A DNA stretch of 64,000 nucleotides, from NCBI GenBank assembly GCA_965644295.1, contig CBFFRP010000363.1, positions 372,001 to 436,000 of the forward strand, given 5' to 3'. Below are positions 24,001-35,865 of this stretch, piece after piece; within the stretch, counting starts at the first letter, position 1, and each line of letters begins with the position of its first letter. Both the position numbers and the translations under genes were made by a program. A model generated the notes under the pieces. That model ran no database searches. It worked only from the letters and a program-made list of their open reading frames with translations, and had not been told where the DNA came from. The stretch comes from Paraphysomonas bandaiensis. Its lineage: Eukaryota; Protista; Chrysophyceae.

Positions 24001-27000
24001 TATGGCCCCTCCTCCGAAGCCGAAACCGAAGCCAGCAGAACCACCAAGTGCATTGGATATGTTCGATATGGCCCCTCCTCCGAAGCCGAAACCGAAGCCA
24101 GCAGAACCACCAAGTGCATTGGATATGTTCGATATGGCCCCTCCTCCGAAGCCCAAAACTTCGTCTGCACAGCCTGCTAATATGGCAGACACAGCTCCTA
24201 TGCAACGTCCAAAGCCTTCAAATGTAGCGAATTTAGTCGATGGGTCAGATGGCAGCTCCTCGGGTGTAAGAACCCCTGGGGGAGAATCACCGGGACTGCC
24301 TCTGAAGGAGCCTGAAATTCCACAGATATCAGGTAGGTATCAATCTAATGTGACAATAGTGATTAATTGCTTACATTGTTGCGTTTAGATATCGAAAGTC
24401 CTTTAATTGCCAAATTCTTGGATGCAACTGTCTCGGCTGCTGCTGTCAAATGCCCGCCGACTGATGTCAACTACGGGGCTCTTGACATGACGAGAGACTC
24501 TGACATGTGCTCTCTGTTGCTACGCGTTTCAAGTCGTTATGCGGTTGTCAATCGTGCGATGGCGGAGCTTCAGCTAAGTATAGGGCAGCTTCCCACGATG
24601 GGACACCCTTTTTCCATAAGTGGACAGTCGCGTGATCTTTTCAAGGTATATATAATTGTATGATACATATTCTGATTCGTGCGTGTGTATGTAGCTGCAA
24701 GCGCAATTTAAGATATGTACACTTAATATTGGTTTTGATATGTTACGCAGTTGGTATTGGACGATATGCACAAGGGTCTGGGGTCTGATATTGGCCGGCT
24801 TGTTAATTTCCGGAAATGTTTGCGCTCAATATCTATCCGTTACCATGACCTTGTAGATCAGCACTTCAAACATAACTCTCGGTTCAGTGGGGAGATCGTT
24901 GCGCTGCTTCCCAACAGCGAAGATTCTGTAACGTTATCTGGTGCGGCCTCTGCAAATGGTGGAGCTATTTCTTCAGACTGCTGTATGGCCATTTTTCTTC
25001 TGGAGTCTTTGGATTACCAGTGGTCTCCTGACTGTTTGGTACTTCAAGTATTATTAAACTGGGCCGCCGGACGTTATCAAGATGCGCAGAAGGCCGTCAT
25101 AACAGCTGTTGTTTCGCTTTTTGAAGTCTTTCCGTTGTCTAGTATTTCTAGTCAAGGCAATGGTGAGTCCTCCACAGGCTTGCCTACAGCTGCACTCTCT
25201 TACATTATAACAATGATTCGCCAGCTGCAGCTAGTTTTGTCACTTAATTCCGCTCCAACTACTTCCCACCTCTTGATTGCTCACTGTCGACTGGGGCCGG
25301 CTGTGGTAGCCTTACTGGGAGTCGCTATACGACTGGGATTAGCGTTTGCGTCTCTAGAGTACCGGTATGATATAACTCAAAAGATATTAAAGTGTCCCCC
25401 AAAATTCCCATTTGCATCCTTTGGCACGAAGGGTGGACATTCGAACGTCGTACTGGACGAATACGAGGAGTGGCTATCTCAAAACCCGATTGCAAAAAGT
25501 GACCCAGGGCATCTCTACTTCCGTCCGCTATCACGCAACGATGCCATCAATGCGTTGAAAATTCATCCGAAAGGCACATTTCTCATTCGCCCACACGAGT
25601 CTCAGAATGATGTTGTGTTTTTGAGTTTTGTGACTGGCGCTTCTGATGGAGTCAAACATGCGATTATCAGGAACGAAGGGACAGCCGAGCAAGCTAGTTA
25701 TCGTTGTGGTCGAGTTGGCCCTTGTGCTACTATTGACATCACGCTACGTAGTATCTCCAAGATCCTTCCTTCAAGCCTTAGATTTGATCCCGATGTTGTG
25801 GCGGGGGGGCCTTCTAGCTTTAAGTCGAATAAGAGTACTTCAGGTGGAGTGGGAAATACGCGCGATCTAGAAGAGGAAGATGAAGGTGGATTTGCAGCCT
25901 TATCGAAATTCGGAGCATTCTCTGGTGACATTCCTGTGGTTAATGTTGACAGTATACCAGTTGCAAGGGGAGCAGGTGAACTGTCTTGGGATCCTAATGG
26001 AGACATGTGGTGGGAAGTACTAATGGAGGAGGACGAAGATGACCCGGCCTCTAATATTAGCTATGGTGCTGCTATGTCTATGATGTACGGAGCCGAGTCG
26101 GGCGATCGGGAGGTAGATGGGGTACAGCTGAATAGTGTGGCTGAGAGTGGACGAGCAGGTGGTGAGTCATTCCTTGAAGCTATTGCCGCTGTTCGCGATG
26201 CAGAGAGCAGAAGGGGCTCGGACGCCAAGCTGAAGAGCACAGACAGCAAGCCAGACGAATCTCTGGTGAAATCCGATGACGCTCCAGAGGATGATGAGGC
26301 AGATATATCCGAGGAAGTGAAGAAGCGGTTGAATCAACGATTACAGCTCTACGAGCAAAAGGAAATAGAGTCGCACTGGAACATCCCACTTGCGTCGGAT
26401 ATGCTTGGTGGCTTAGTACGAGGGATTACACACATGCTATCCATCAAAACAGTTTACAAACAAATAACCGGCCATATGGATATCTTGAAATCAGCGATAA
26501 GCGATGATAAGGTAGCAGAAAGCAGCTTGCGGCGCTTGGTGTTGACACGTATGCTTGGCAAAATTCCCGTCGAATTAATGCCGTACTCTGTTTCAGATAA
26601 ATCATCTCACTGTAATACCACACCTGCTCTGAGTAAACAAACGTCAGAGAGACTCAAACACAGTGCGAGTTTTAACACCAATGGCAACGACTCGTTATCC
26701 ATTTTGGAACAAAAGGATGATGCCTGCGCTCGCCTGACGGCAGTGGAATCGCTATTTTCTTCGCTTGCCATGTTTGTGTATACTTGCGAACGAGTAGTTA
26801 TGAGCAGCTTATGTCCTGCTCTTCCACTGGACCCAACCTCCTTTATATCAGTAGACATATCTGCCGGAGAGTCACTTATGGAGCAGATTCTGCATGAACG
26901 TTTAGGCGTACCGTTACGCCACGTGAGACTACCGTCTGCTGTAGGCGTGTCTGGCGCAGGTGTGGTCGGTACTAGCCATCCCGCTTTACCCCCCGCTGCT

Positions 27001-28690
27001 TCTCCTAATAGCTCGCTAGGGGAGCACGTCGTCGAGTGCATTGAGAGTGGTGATGTAATGGATTGGATAGGAAAGCACGCTGATGAGGCTACTCTTCAAA
27101 CTATCATGCACACAAAGTCCGGCGATGTATTGAAACCAGAACATGTTTTGAAGTGGCTCTGGGATAGACGCATCGTTCAAAATGTTGTACTTGAAGGTAC
27201 AGGTGTGTACACTTCGAAGCAGCATTTCTTTCGGTACATCGATCCGTGGGAGGTGTCAATCGTACTGGATCAGAGCACAGTGCTCTCTTCAGCACGCCTT
27301 GGGCGCGGGTGGTATGGCCCAGTGTCGGCCTACAGTGCGGTGAGTATGGTCGACACGGTTAGTCGATACATGCGCATGAAGAACAACGGCTCAGATGGGG
27401 GATTTGTTAGGTTGTGGGAGAGTCTTCGGGCTGAGGCGTGGCTGGTTATGTCCATCAGCACTGCGCATGAACAGGGTGAGCGTGAAGCTGGTGGGCCGGC
27501 CATCACAGAACTTACCTCCTCTACACTTGGAGCCTCGGATCCTTACCACTCTTGTCTCGCCCGACATTTATATCGTAATGCCCTTTTCAGTCGACTGTGC
27601 ATGCCTCATAGATTTGTGGCCGTTCTTCAGATTGATACTTTTGCACTGAAGGATTTAGCCCCACAAAAATTTATGTCGGGTGTTGCTAATACTCCGATTG
27701 AGGTGTATGCTGTGCTACGACTCGTGCGGTCTGGCGGACGGGCAAAGTCTGACAATCGCAAAAACTTAGCAGACACACTTGTAACTCCTGCCCGCAAGAT
27801 TGAAGCTAACAAACAGCTGGTGACGAGCCAACCATCTGAGTACGCTTGGAGAGAGCAAGCTGTGATGAGATTCCCTTTGCCCGATAGAGTTCTTACCATT
27901 GGCCCCTTCGCTGAGGGCGGAGAAAGAAATATGCGCCAGCCTCCTCGAAAATTGCAACTCTCTATATATGAAACCCGCAGTTTTTTTTCCGACACGAAAA
28001 TTGGAGAACTAGAGTTACCGCTATCTGGCTTGTCTGATGACCGACCCTTCCGTGACTGGCTGCCACTTAGTAGCGAGAAGGGTGCTGCATGGTTTGTGCA
28101 TATACAAATGCAGCTCCGATTTCTACTAATGACGAAGGATTCTTACCGTGATTCTACAATTCGGTGGGTAGATCGATAGCCATATGTGTGTAGTTATAAC
28201 TAGTATTGTGTATATTTTAGGTCAAGTAAAGGAAAAAGCAAAAAGGTCAAGAAGGTAGACTCCGAAAGAAAAGGGGTGAGTATTGTAGTTTTGCATTGTT
28301 ATGTGCCTTATTGTTATATAATTGTGATGTTTTGCTGTTAATTTTGAGCAGAGTATACTTGGATCTAGAACCGGAAGTCCAATGCCTGCTAAATCCTCGT
28401 CAGGGAGAAGTCCCCTCAGTGCATCACCATTAACAACACCAGACGTTGACGAAAAGTTAGTAAATATCATATCTTGCTCGGCATTATACATATTTGATAA
28501 TGCGATTTGATAGTACTGATTTTACTCACACGCTTATCGCAGGGCGCCTAAAGTCCCCGTTGCTGCGCCGGTGATGTACTCCGGCCTGTCGAAGGCTTCT
28601 CGGACAACGAATACTTCTGGAGGAAACGATGGGACTGAAGTGGAGGGAGTAAAAGAGTCCCGACTTGATGAGCTTGGAGATTTCTTTTAG
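18035..28690 (+). CDS. Very large Rav1/DMXL (rabconnectin-3alpha)-like protein with WD40-like, PDZ, Rav1p_C, SH2, DEP-like and C2 domains; multi-exon
   Basis: Rav1p_C motif PMWLRD...DFTTERGRTAAHKNAFALLRLQRYKHAAAVFL; PDZ FGLGLRL..GIIGIGDELVSVSG; SH2 LSRNDA..GTFLIR..VKHAII; C2 LQLSIYETRSFFSDTKIGEL. Extra in-frame exons ~28221-28275, ~28352-28455 and ~28542-28690 end in DELGDFF*. Confidence 0.8.
23710..24155 (+). repeat. Coding minisatellite, 66 bp x ~6.7 (PPSALDMFDMAPPPKPKPKPAE)
   Basis: Near-identical in-frame 66-bp units. Confidence 0.97.
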
Positions 28691-29523
28691 AATATATATT
28701 TTGATATCGATCTGTGAAACGAAAGGAACTTCGTAAATTTGCGAATAATATACGTATTGCTTCGGAGTAAATAATAAGTCCACATATGTATTATATTTAA
28801 TGCTGTTGTATGCTATATATTTTAAAATTGCCTGGAGTTGGTATGAAGTGCGAATATGAGTATATATGATGAATATATATCGTTACAAGTGTTGAGTTTT
28901 GCTTATTAGGAAGCTGCCAAATAATATAGTTGTTGAAATACACCGTTGATGGAATACCTTTGTTAAGGGTTGTATTATCTGAACTCAATGATGAGTAGCG
29001 GTTATTAAAACCTTAATTGACAGTTCAGACTTACTACTAAGGGTCAATTTGTGTTCAGACTGGTAGTTACTACCTAACTTTGATCAGTTTGGAGTCGTAG
29101 ACTTCACCAATAAGAAACTAAAGCAGAAACCATGTAGGGGACAAGTGAAGTGACCACCTGCTAGTGCTTTAGAAGCGGTTTGGAATATTTATGAAGAAAA
29201 CTTGGATATATGATTGAAGAAAAAAATCCCGCACCAGTCCAATGTTTGAAGCAGTGTAGTTTGTGGCGGTGATGCTCGAAATTATAGATCAATATTTTAA
29301 GTGAAGGATATGAGAAAATATAGTTTCAAAGTATCTCGTTCTTATCTAGAATGAGTGAATGTGAACAAGCAATATGCACGGTTCAATAGTTTTCATAGAG
29401 AGTCAGCATGTGCGGCTATCGGTCGCCTGAGCGGAAATACACGAAACATGACGGAAACTCTCGCTTTGTACTTCTTGATTGTTATATTTTTACTTATACA
29501 CTTATCCAGATTTCAGAGGGCGT

Positions 29524-30030
29524 CCATCAACAAATTCGGACTTGCACTTTTTCGTGGTGTTCTGGGTTCTGGGGGATAAGTGCCGGAGACATTTCTTCGG
29601 GAACTAATGTGAGCCGCATATATAGTCAGCAGATATTGTTCTGCCCACTCATAGCCTAATGCTTTTGTTGTACAAGGGACACTAATATAAGCGTCACTTG
29701 TGTACACGTCTTTGGGCCTTGACAAATTAACAGGCATCCGGAAATGAGCCCACCTCAAGGACATCCGGGGTATTGAACTGCCTGCTGCTGAAGTCAAGCG
29801 TCCGGGCTGTTCACCTCAAGGACTCAGAAATCCTGAAGTTAGCAGATGTCAGGTATATCAACACTCTTCTTACTCGCTGCGTTTGCTTTGAGTAATAGTG
29901 CGAAAGTGGTTGCAACTTGGAGCTTGCGGTGACGCACAAGCAGCTTTCGTGGCGTTAAGTTAAGTATAAGCTACTGAAATTGTTTCGCTACATTAGTTCT
30001 GACTCTTACACGCCTATTGCTAATAATAAT
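29524..30030 (+). mobile_element. Short non-autonomous retroposon, copy 2
   Basis: Same 5' head (HDV-like, 29524-29616), internal repeats, 3' motif (29901-29949) and (TAA)n tail; candidate TSD AGAGGGCGT (29515-29523) / AGAGGGTGT (30031-30039). Confidence 0.8.
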
Positions 30031-30817
30031 AGAGGGTGTAATATAAGCGGAAATATATCAAGAAATTCATGGCGAGACTAATGTACTCAGCTACTTCTTA
30101 CTTAAGTATTAAATATAAGGCACTTTGAATCAATATTCTGCTATTGTAGTGTTAATTAAGCTCCTATTGTACTGTTCTCCTATCAAGCTTATCCATTAAC
30201 TCTCCACTGCATGGAGATCAAGACGTACTCTGACTAAGTTATTGTACTCACCGTTAATATACAACTTTAAATTTTTCATTATTCTATTATAGACTTTGCT
30301 TCATTTACAATCGATATATTCTCTGTGCTTTCGAAATGGGAACTTAGGATTTATATGCAGAAGTACTTTAATATCTATAAAATGTAAAATATATAAAATA
30401 TCCAAGATATCTAGTACAAAGGATGTTATACAAATGGAGCCCTTAAGTCATAGCGACTTTGCAAAGCTTGGTGAAGAATCTACTCTCAATACTTGTAATT
30501 CTAAACGGTTCCCAGATCAGGTTATCTACTTCAAAGTAGCTATAGAACACATAATTACGAAAAAAATCCTGCAATGAGTTCTAATTATTTGCTACAAGAA
30601 ACTATACATCCATCGCGTCAAGCTGCAAAGTACAGCCTTCTAGTAGATGACTCATAAGGACACAGATTTCCACTTGAGTAGAAAATCTGTCAAGCCAGGC
30701 TAATAATTCTAACATAACATATCTACCACGAACACATCAAGATATAAAAAGGAGTAAAAATGACGATTCTGCTCAGGATTATGCATGATCACAGCACAAT
30801 TAACATAACAGATGGCA

Positions 30818-31879
30818 CTACTTAAACATGGATATAAAATTATCCAATTCTGGCGTATGCCCTCCCGTGGCTCCACCCAGAGGCAGGTGGCTGGGTCGCA
30901 GGATATCCACGATCAGAACAATCCGGTCATTATTTTGACTGGCTCCAGTGGAACCTGTACCAGTAAGTTCATCTTTTCCATCCAGAACAGTCAGAGGTAC
31001 ATTGAAGGCTTTGTGTATTTTGCTATCATCAAAAACAATAATTTCGCCGACACGGTGATATTGCTCTTCCATATCCACCCATAGACCAGACATGTGCTCA
31101 GGTGGAACAATAAGGCTAATATGACAACGAAGGACATGGTTGGCCAGATCCGCCCAGCCAGTGTGCGGGGAAATCTGTTTTAATAATTGTCATAATGATG
31201 TTCATGATATACCAAACATAACAACACAAATTTGTATCAGAACATATGATTCTCCAGGGACATAGTAATATGCTCGGTACATACCTGTGTACCACTGCCG
31301 AGTCGACTGAACAAGGCTGTCCTAATATTAGGGACTTTGCGAAGAAGCTCCGCAGTACGAGGGCAGTGGGCACAAGTTGAGGGGATCCAAGTCTGTCGCG
31401 ATGTATCAAGTGCTGGAAATGTATGTAGAAAAGGAAATACGGTCCAGTTTACCACCCCATTCCTGGCAAAGTGGTCTTCCGGCCAAGGAGTCCACTACAA
31501 GAACATCACACACGTCATGCACGCTTATCATCACGATTAGTAAGAATGAGAATATAAAAATCATAAGTACTAATCCATTGAATACATGAATACACAGCAC
31601 AGCACAGCACATCACACGACAGGACAGCACAGCACAGGAGAGGGCAGGACAGGGCAGAAGAGATCTCAATAGAGCGTCTCGTCTCACATTATGAACAGTC
31701 TTGGCCTCCTCAGTGATCACATCAAGATTATCTAGAAACATCTGCAGGTCAGGAAATAACTCCCTCCAGTTATAATAAGACGGTCCAGATCCTGGAGGAC
31801 CCACAGCTGCCGCCTCCACAGGGGTCTGCATACTATTCAGATGGTTATCGTATGTTTCAGTGCGCTGTATATCGCTCAT
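30818..31879 (-). CDS. Aspartyl/asparaginyl beta-hydroxylase domain 2OG-Fe(II) dioxygenase, multi-exon
   Basis: WTVFPF..CPRTAELL..IRTALFSRLG, PHTGWADLANHVLRCH, VFDDSKIHKAFN and DRIVLIVD. Confidence 0.88.
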
Positions 31880-32696
31880 GCCACTACAAGGAGTGGTAAT
31901 GATGGTAATGATGGTAGTGAGATATTCTGTATGTGTGAGTGTGTGTTGGTGCTGTGGGGAGGTTAGTTGGATGAGTCAGTGTGATGCTACACATACACGC
32001 AGCAGTGCTACACACACACACATATATACAACACAGCTGTGCAGAGTGCGTATATCCAACTGCAAGTACACAGCATACAGCAGTATCCAACATACGGTAT
32101 AATTTGTATACAGCCAGAATACAGTACCATTTCTCTCAATTGGAAAATACAGAAGCTGTATTTTATAGTATTCCTCTGAAAATACGTCGAATAATTTATG
32201 AGAAAAATTATTTAGCCCGCACCGCAGGTGCGGGATCCCGCACCCTTGTTTTTACACAAAGGCCGCACAGCAAGTGCGCCCATCGAGTGATCCAATCAGC
32301 AGAGTGCATCATAGCATAGTGCATCATATCACATGCATCGAGTATATGTATATAGTAATATGACGAGGCAGCCATATGCAGCAGATACACGTTAATGAGT
32401 GCTTGAATGATAGGTGATAACATGTTGCTACCATCTTATTTCATGAAACTGTGAGATGAGATATGCAGTTACTGGACGAGGTTTATAAGGCTGTATGGAG
32501 AGGAACTGTGAAGGGCTGTATATTATGGTATGAAGTGATATGATATGGATATCAATGATTGAATTCCAGGTGGGAGCATCATGCTCCCATCATCCTATTT
32601 AAAGTGTCAGGTATGCAGAGAGATGAGAAGTGGTACATTTGAAGGAATAGAAGGCTGTATATCATGCATGCACTATGTTGTGTGATGGTATATGAG

Positions 32697-33630
32697 ATGC
32701 TGAATGTTGTCATGGTTTATTATGCTGTTGTAGGCGCAATGACGTTTATACTTACCGGTGCAAGAGGGATGCCTAAGCGACACAAGCGCCCGGCTGCCCC
32801 TGTACCATCTTGCAGTGAATATGTGTCATGTTGTGTAAGGGTATGCAGTATGGCTGTATGTGATAAGAATTCTGAACGGTGTGGAATAATAAAATGCTGA
32901 AGGCTGTGATGGTTTATTATGCTGTTGTAGGCGCAATGACGTTTATACTTACCGGTGCAAGAGGGATGCCTAAGCGACACAAGCGCCCGGCTGCCCCTGT
33001 TCCATCTTGCAGTGAATATGTGTCATGTTGTGTAAGGGTATGCAGTATGGCTGTATGTGATAAGAATTCTGAACGGTGTGGAATAATAAAATGCTGAACG
33101 CTGTGATGGTTGATTATACTGTTGTATGCTCTGTAAATAATGATACGATGTATTCCAATTACTAATGAATCATTAATTATAAGGGTACAGTATAAAAAGT
33201 TGATGGAGTGGTTATAAATGAATACATATAGGCATTCTACAGATTACTAACATCAGACTGTGTCGAATAATAAAATGCTGCACGCTGTAATGGTTGATTA
33301 TACTGTTGTATGCTCTGTAAATAATGATACGATGTATTCCAATTACTAATGAATCATTAATTATAAGGGTACATTATAAAAAGTTGATGGAGTGGTTATA
33401 AATGAATACATATAGGCATTCTACAGATTACTAACATCAGACTGTGTCGAATAATAAAATGCTGAACGCTGTAATGGTTGATTATACTGTTGTATGCTCT
33501 GTAAATAATGATACGATGTATTCCAATTACTAATGAATCATTAATTATAAGGGTACATTATAAAAAGTTGATGGAGTGGTTATAAATGAATACATATATT
33601 GGCATTCTACAGATTACTAACATCAGACTG
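32697..33630. repeat. Composite tandem array: 2 x 197-bp A units + 3 x 184-bp B units sharing a ~50-bp leader
   Basis: Unit starts at 32697, 32894, 33091, 33275 and 33459, each beginning ATGCTG(A/C)AnG(C/T)TGTnATGGTTkATTATrCTGTTGTAkGC. Confidence 0.93.
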
Positions 33631-33707
33631 AAGTTTCCTTTTCTTTGTCCTTGGAATAATGTTACCATCACTGTCCCTTCGTGCACTCATTGCATCATAT
33701 ATACTGT

Positions 33708-35865
33708 TTATGTATTTATTAGAGGCTTTTTTTTGGGGTGAAACTTGTCGTAATTTTCCTGACCAAATAAATCAACAATAACACGCAATTCAACCTTTTC
33801 AGCTATGCATTTTAAATTACTCTTCCATTCTCTGTACGAAGTAGACTGACTTGCCATACAGGGTTTCGGCTCATCAAGAAAACGTTTCTCGTCATCGTAC
33901 AATAGGCCGAGTCCTTTAGTCAATACTCGATTTAGTTTTTTCTGTTTGTTGACGTTGTCTACCATAGGGTATCTCTTTCCTACAATTTCATGTAATTCAT
34001 AATCAAAATAGTCAATAATAACTGTTGATAAGCATAATTTTTCGAGAGTTTTATATTGAATGAAGGATATATGGGGCATGCGCTGCATGTTAACTCTCAT
34101 GTATTGAAAAACATTTGTCGTAGTAGTGGATGGACCTTTGGAAGGTCCTTCAGTAATCGGAGGCAAGACTGTAGGCGATGTAGGTATCCGTGATACAGTC
34201 TCTGAAGTTGGTATAGTGGTATCCGTTGGAATATTTTTCAAGCCTTCTAGAATATCAGCCACAGCAGTGTCTAATTTCTTGTGCAGATCAGCTATTGCAA
34301 TAGTTTGGGTGTCACACTTTCTATGAAGCTGTTGTATTTGGTCTCGAAGAATGCGATTCTCCTGGTAAATTTCGTCTACATTTCTTGTGTCTACAAAATT
34401 AAGGCGAAGCCATTCCTCCTCAATCGCAGCACTCCATTGCATTATGTCATTCCAAGTGAAATGGTGGCGCATCATGTTGTGCTTGAATTTACAAACCACT
34501 GCATGTTGTGCCGTGTATTTAGAAACAAATGATGGTAACCTCATAAGGAATGTAGCAAACACAGAGAGTTTAAATTGAAATAGACAGCCATCAACCCCAA
34601 ATTCTGGGTAAGTGAGTGGATAACATGTTTCGATTAACGCCATCACTTGTTCTCGGTTTCCATTGTTGATAAATACACACTCGGGTGGATATATCTTATT
34701 CCTGGGATTAGAGTAGCCACTTAAAATTTTTCCACCCACAGCAATAGTGACATCTAGTCCCATGATATACTCAAAAATGCTGCACTCTCCGGAGAAGTCC
34801 CATCCTCCACGCATAATCGCATGGAAGATGCCGCCTGACTGACTACTGGCTATGTCAGTTGCAGCCCCGACTCTAAGACCCTTGCCTGTTGTTTCCTTTG
34901 TAACTCCAGGTACCTTCCCGATCATTTGTTTTAGTAGCTTAGAAACAAATTGACTAGCGCTTGATGTAGTCAATGCTAGATCTGGAAAGACGAAGTCACC
35001 GTTGAGATCTGCTGCAGTACAGGACATCCAGTACATTGAATAAGCGAAGAAAACACAAGTCTCTAGACAAGAGTAGTCGGGAAAAAAGTTCATTGTTTTG
35101 ATAGAAGCCACCTTCAATTCTGTCCAATCAAACGTTAAGTATCCATCGCAGTGCCACATTGCATTATTATACGAAGCAAACATTGCTTCAGACACCCGAC
35201 CAACAGCAGCAAACGTGAAAACCAAATAGAGATTGTACAATGAATACTTCTTCACTTCTAAATAAAGTTTATTAGCATACAGTAAATCATAGATATGTGA
35301 AGTATGTCCACTTACCGGAGAAATCAGATGCCCGATGTATAATGTATTCACCTATGCGCTTCATTAGTTCTTTCCCCACTGGACTTGTTTTCTCTGATAT
35401 ACGCACTCCTTGTGCGATACACCGCTTGATAATATGCTTTGATACTGCCGCTCTCACATCTTTGTACCACAGCTCATTGGAGCTGCTTAATAACTCATTT
35501 CTTTTAAATCGCTTCGTCAGCGCAGTCTTCGTGTCTGACAAATACTGCCAAGCAGTACCTAGGGTCAAAGGCTTCTTCGTTGTTCCATGGACGGCGTGAT
35601 CGATCAAAAAGCCACCGAAACATTGAAATAGTTCTACATTTATATCACTGTCTATGAGTTCCTTATACCTCTTCTTCCCGTCGAACCGCATCTCCAAGTA
35701 CTTCGCAAACTGAGCTAACGCAGAGGAGTTACGATTTTTGGTTTCCCCATCACCGACTTTTCTAATGCCCCCTGTGGTAGTTGATTCCGTGGTAGTTGAT
35801 TCCGTGGTAGTTGATTCCGTGGTAGTTGATTCCGTGGTAGTTGATTCCGTGGTAGTTGATTCCAT
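33708..35865 (-). CDS. Tyrosine recombinase (Crypton-type), 2 exons
   Basis: Intron 35258-35315 (GTAAGT...TTTAG) joins the two ORFs in frame (DFS|EVKK). Catalytic-like motifs GRVSE (R), ELKVA (K), GKGLR (HxxR variant), RGGW (W) and IFEY (Y); N-terminal T..QYLS..K core-binding-like region. Confidence 0.82.
35774..35863 (-). repeat. 15-bp coding repeat x6 (ESTTT)
   Basis: GTGGTAGTTGATTCC x6. Confidence 0.95.

Noticed and set aside
23323-24227. Several overlapping repetitive ORFs on other frames and strands
   Set aside because: They are shadows of the 66-bp coding minisatellite.
28520-28690. GC-rich foldable island resembling a structured ncRNA (RNase MRP-like AAAGTCCCC...GGGACT)
   Set aside because: It reads as the in-frame terminal exon of the Rav1-like gene (APKVPVAAP...DELGDFF*) after a canonical CAG acceptor.
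32697-33630. CRISPR array
   Set aside because: Eukaryotic context, duplicated ~140-bp bodies rather than unique short spacers, and no cas genes.
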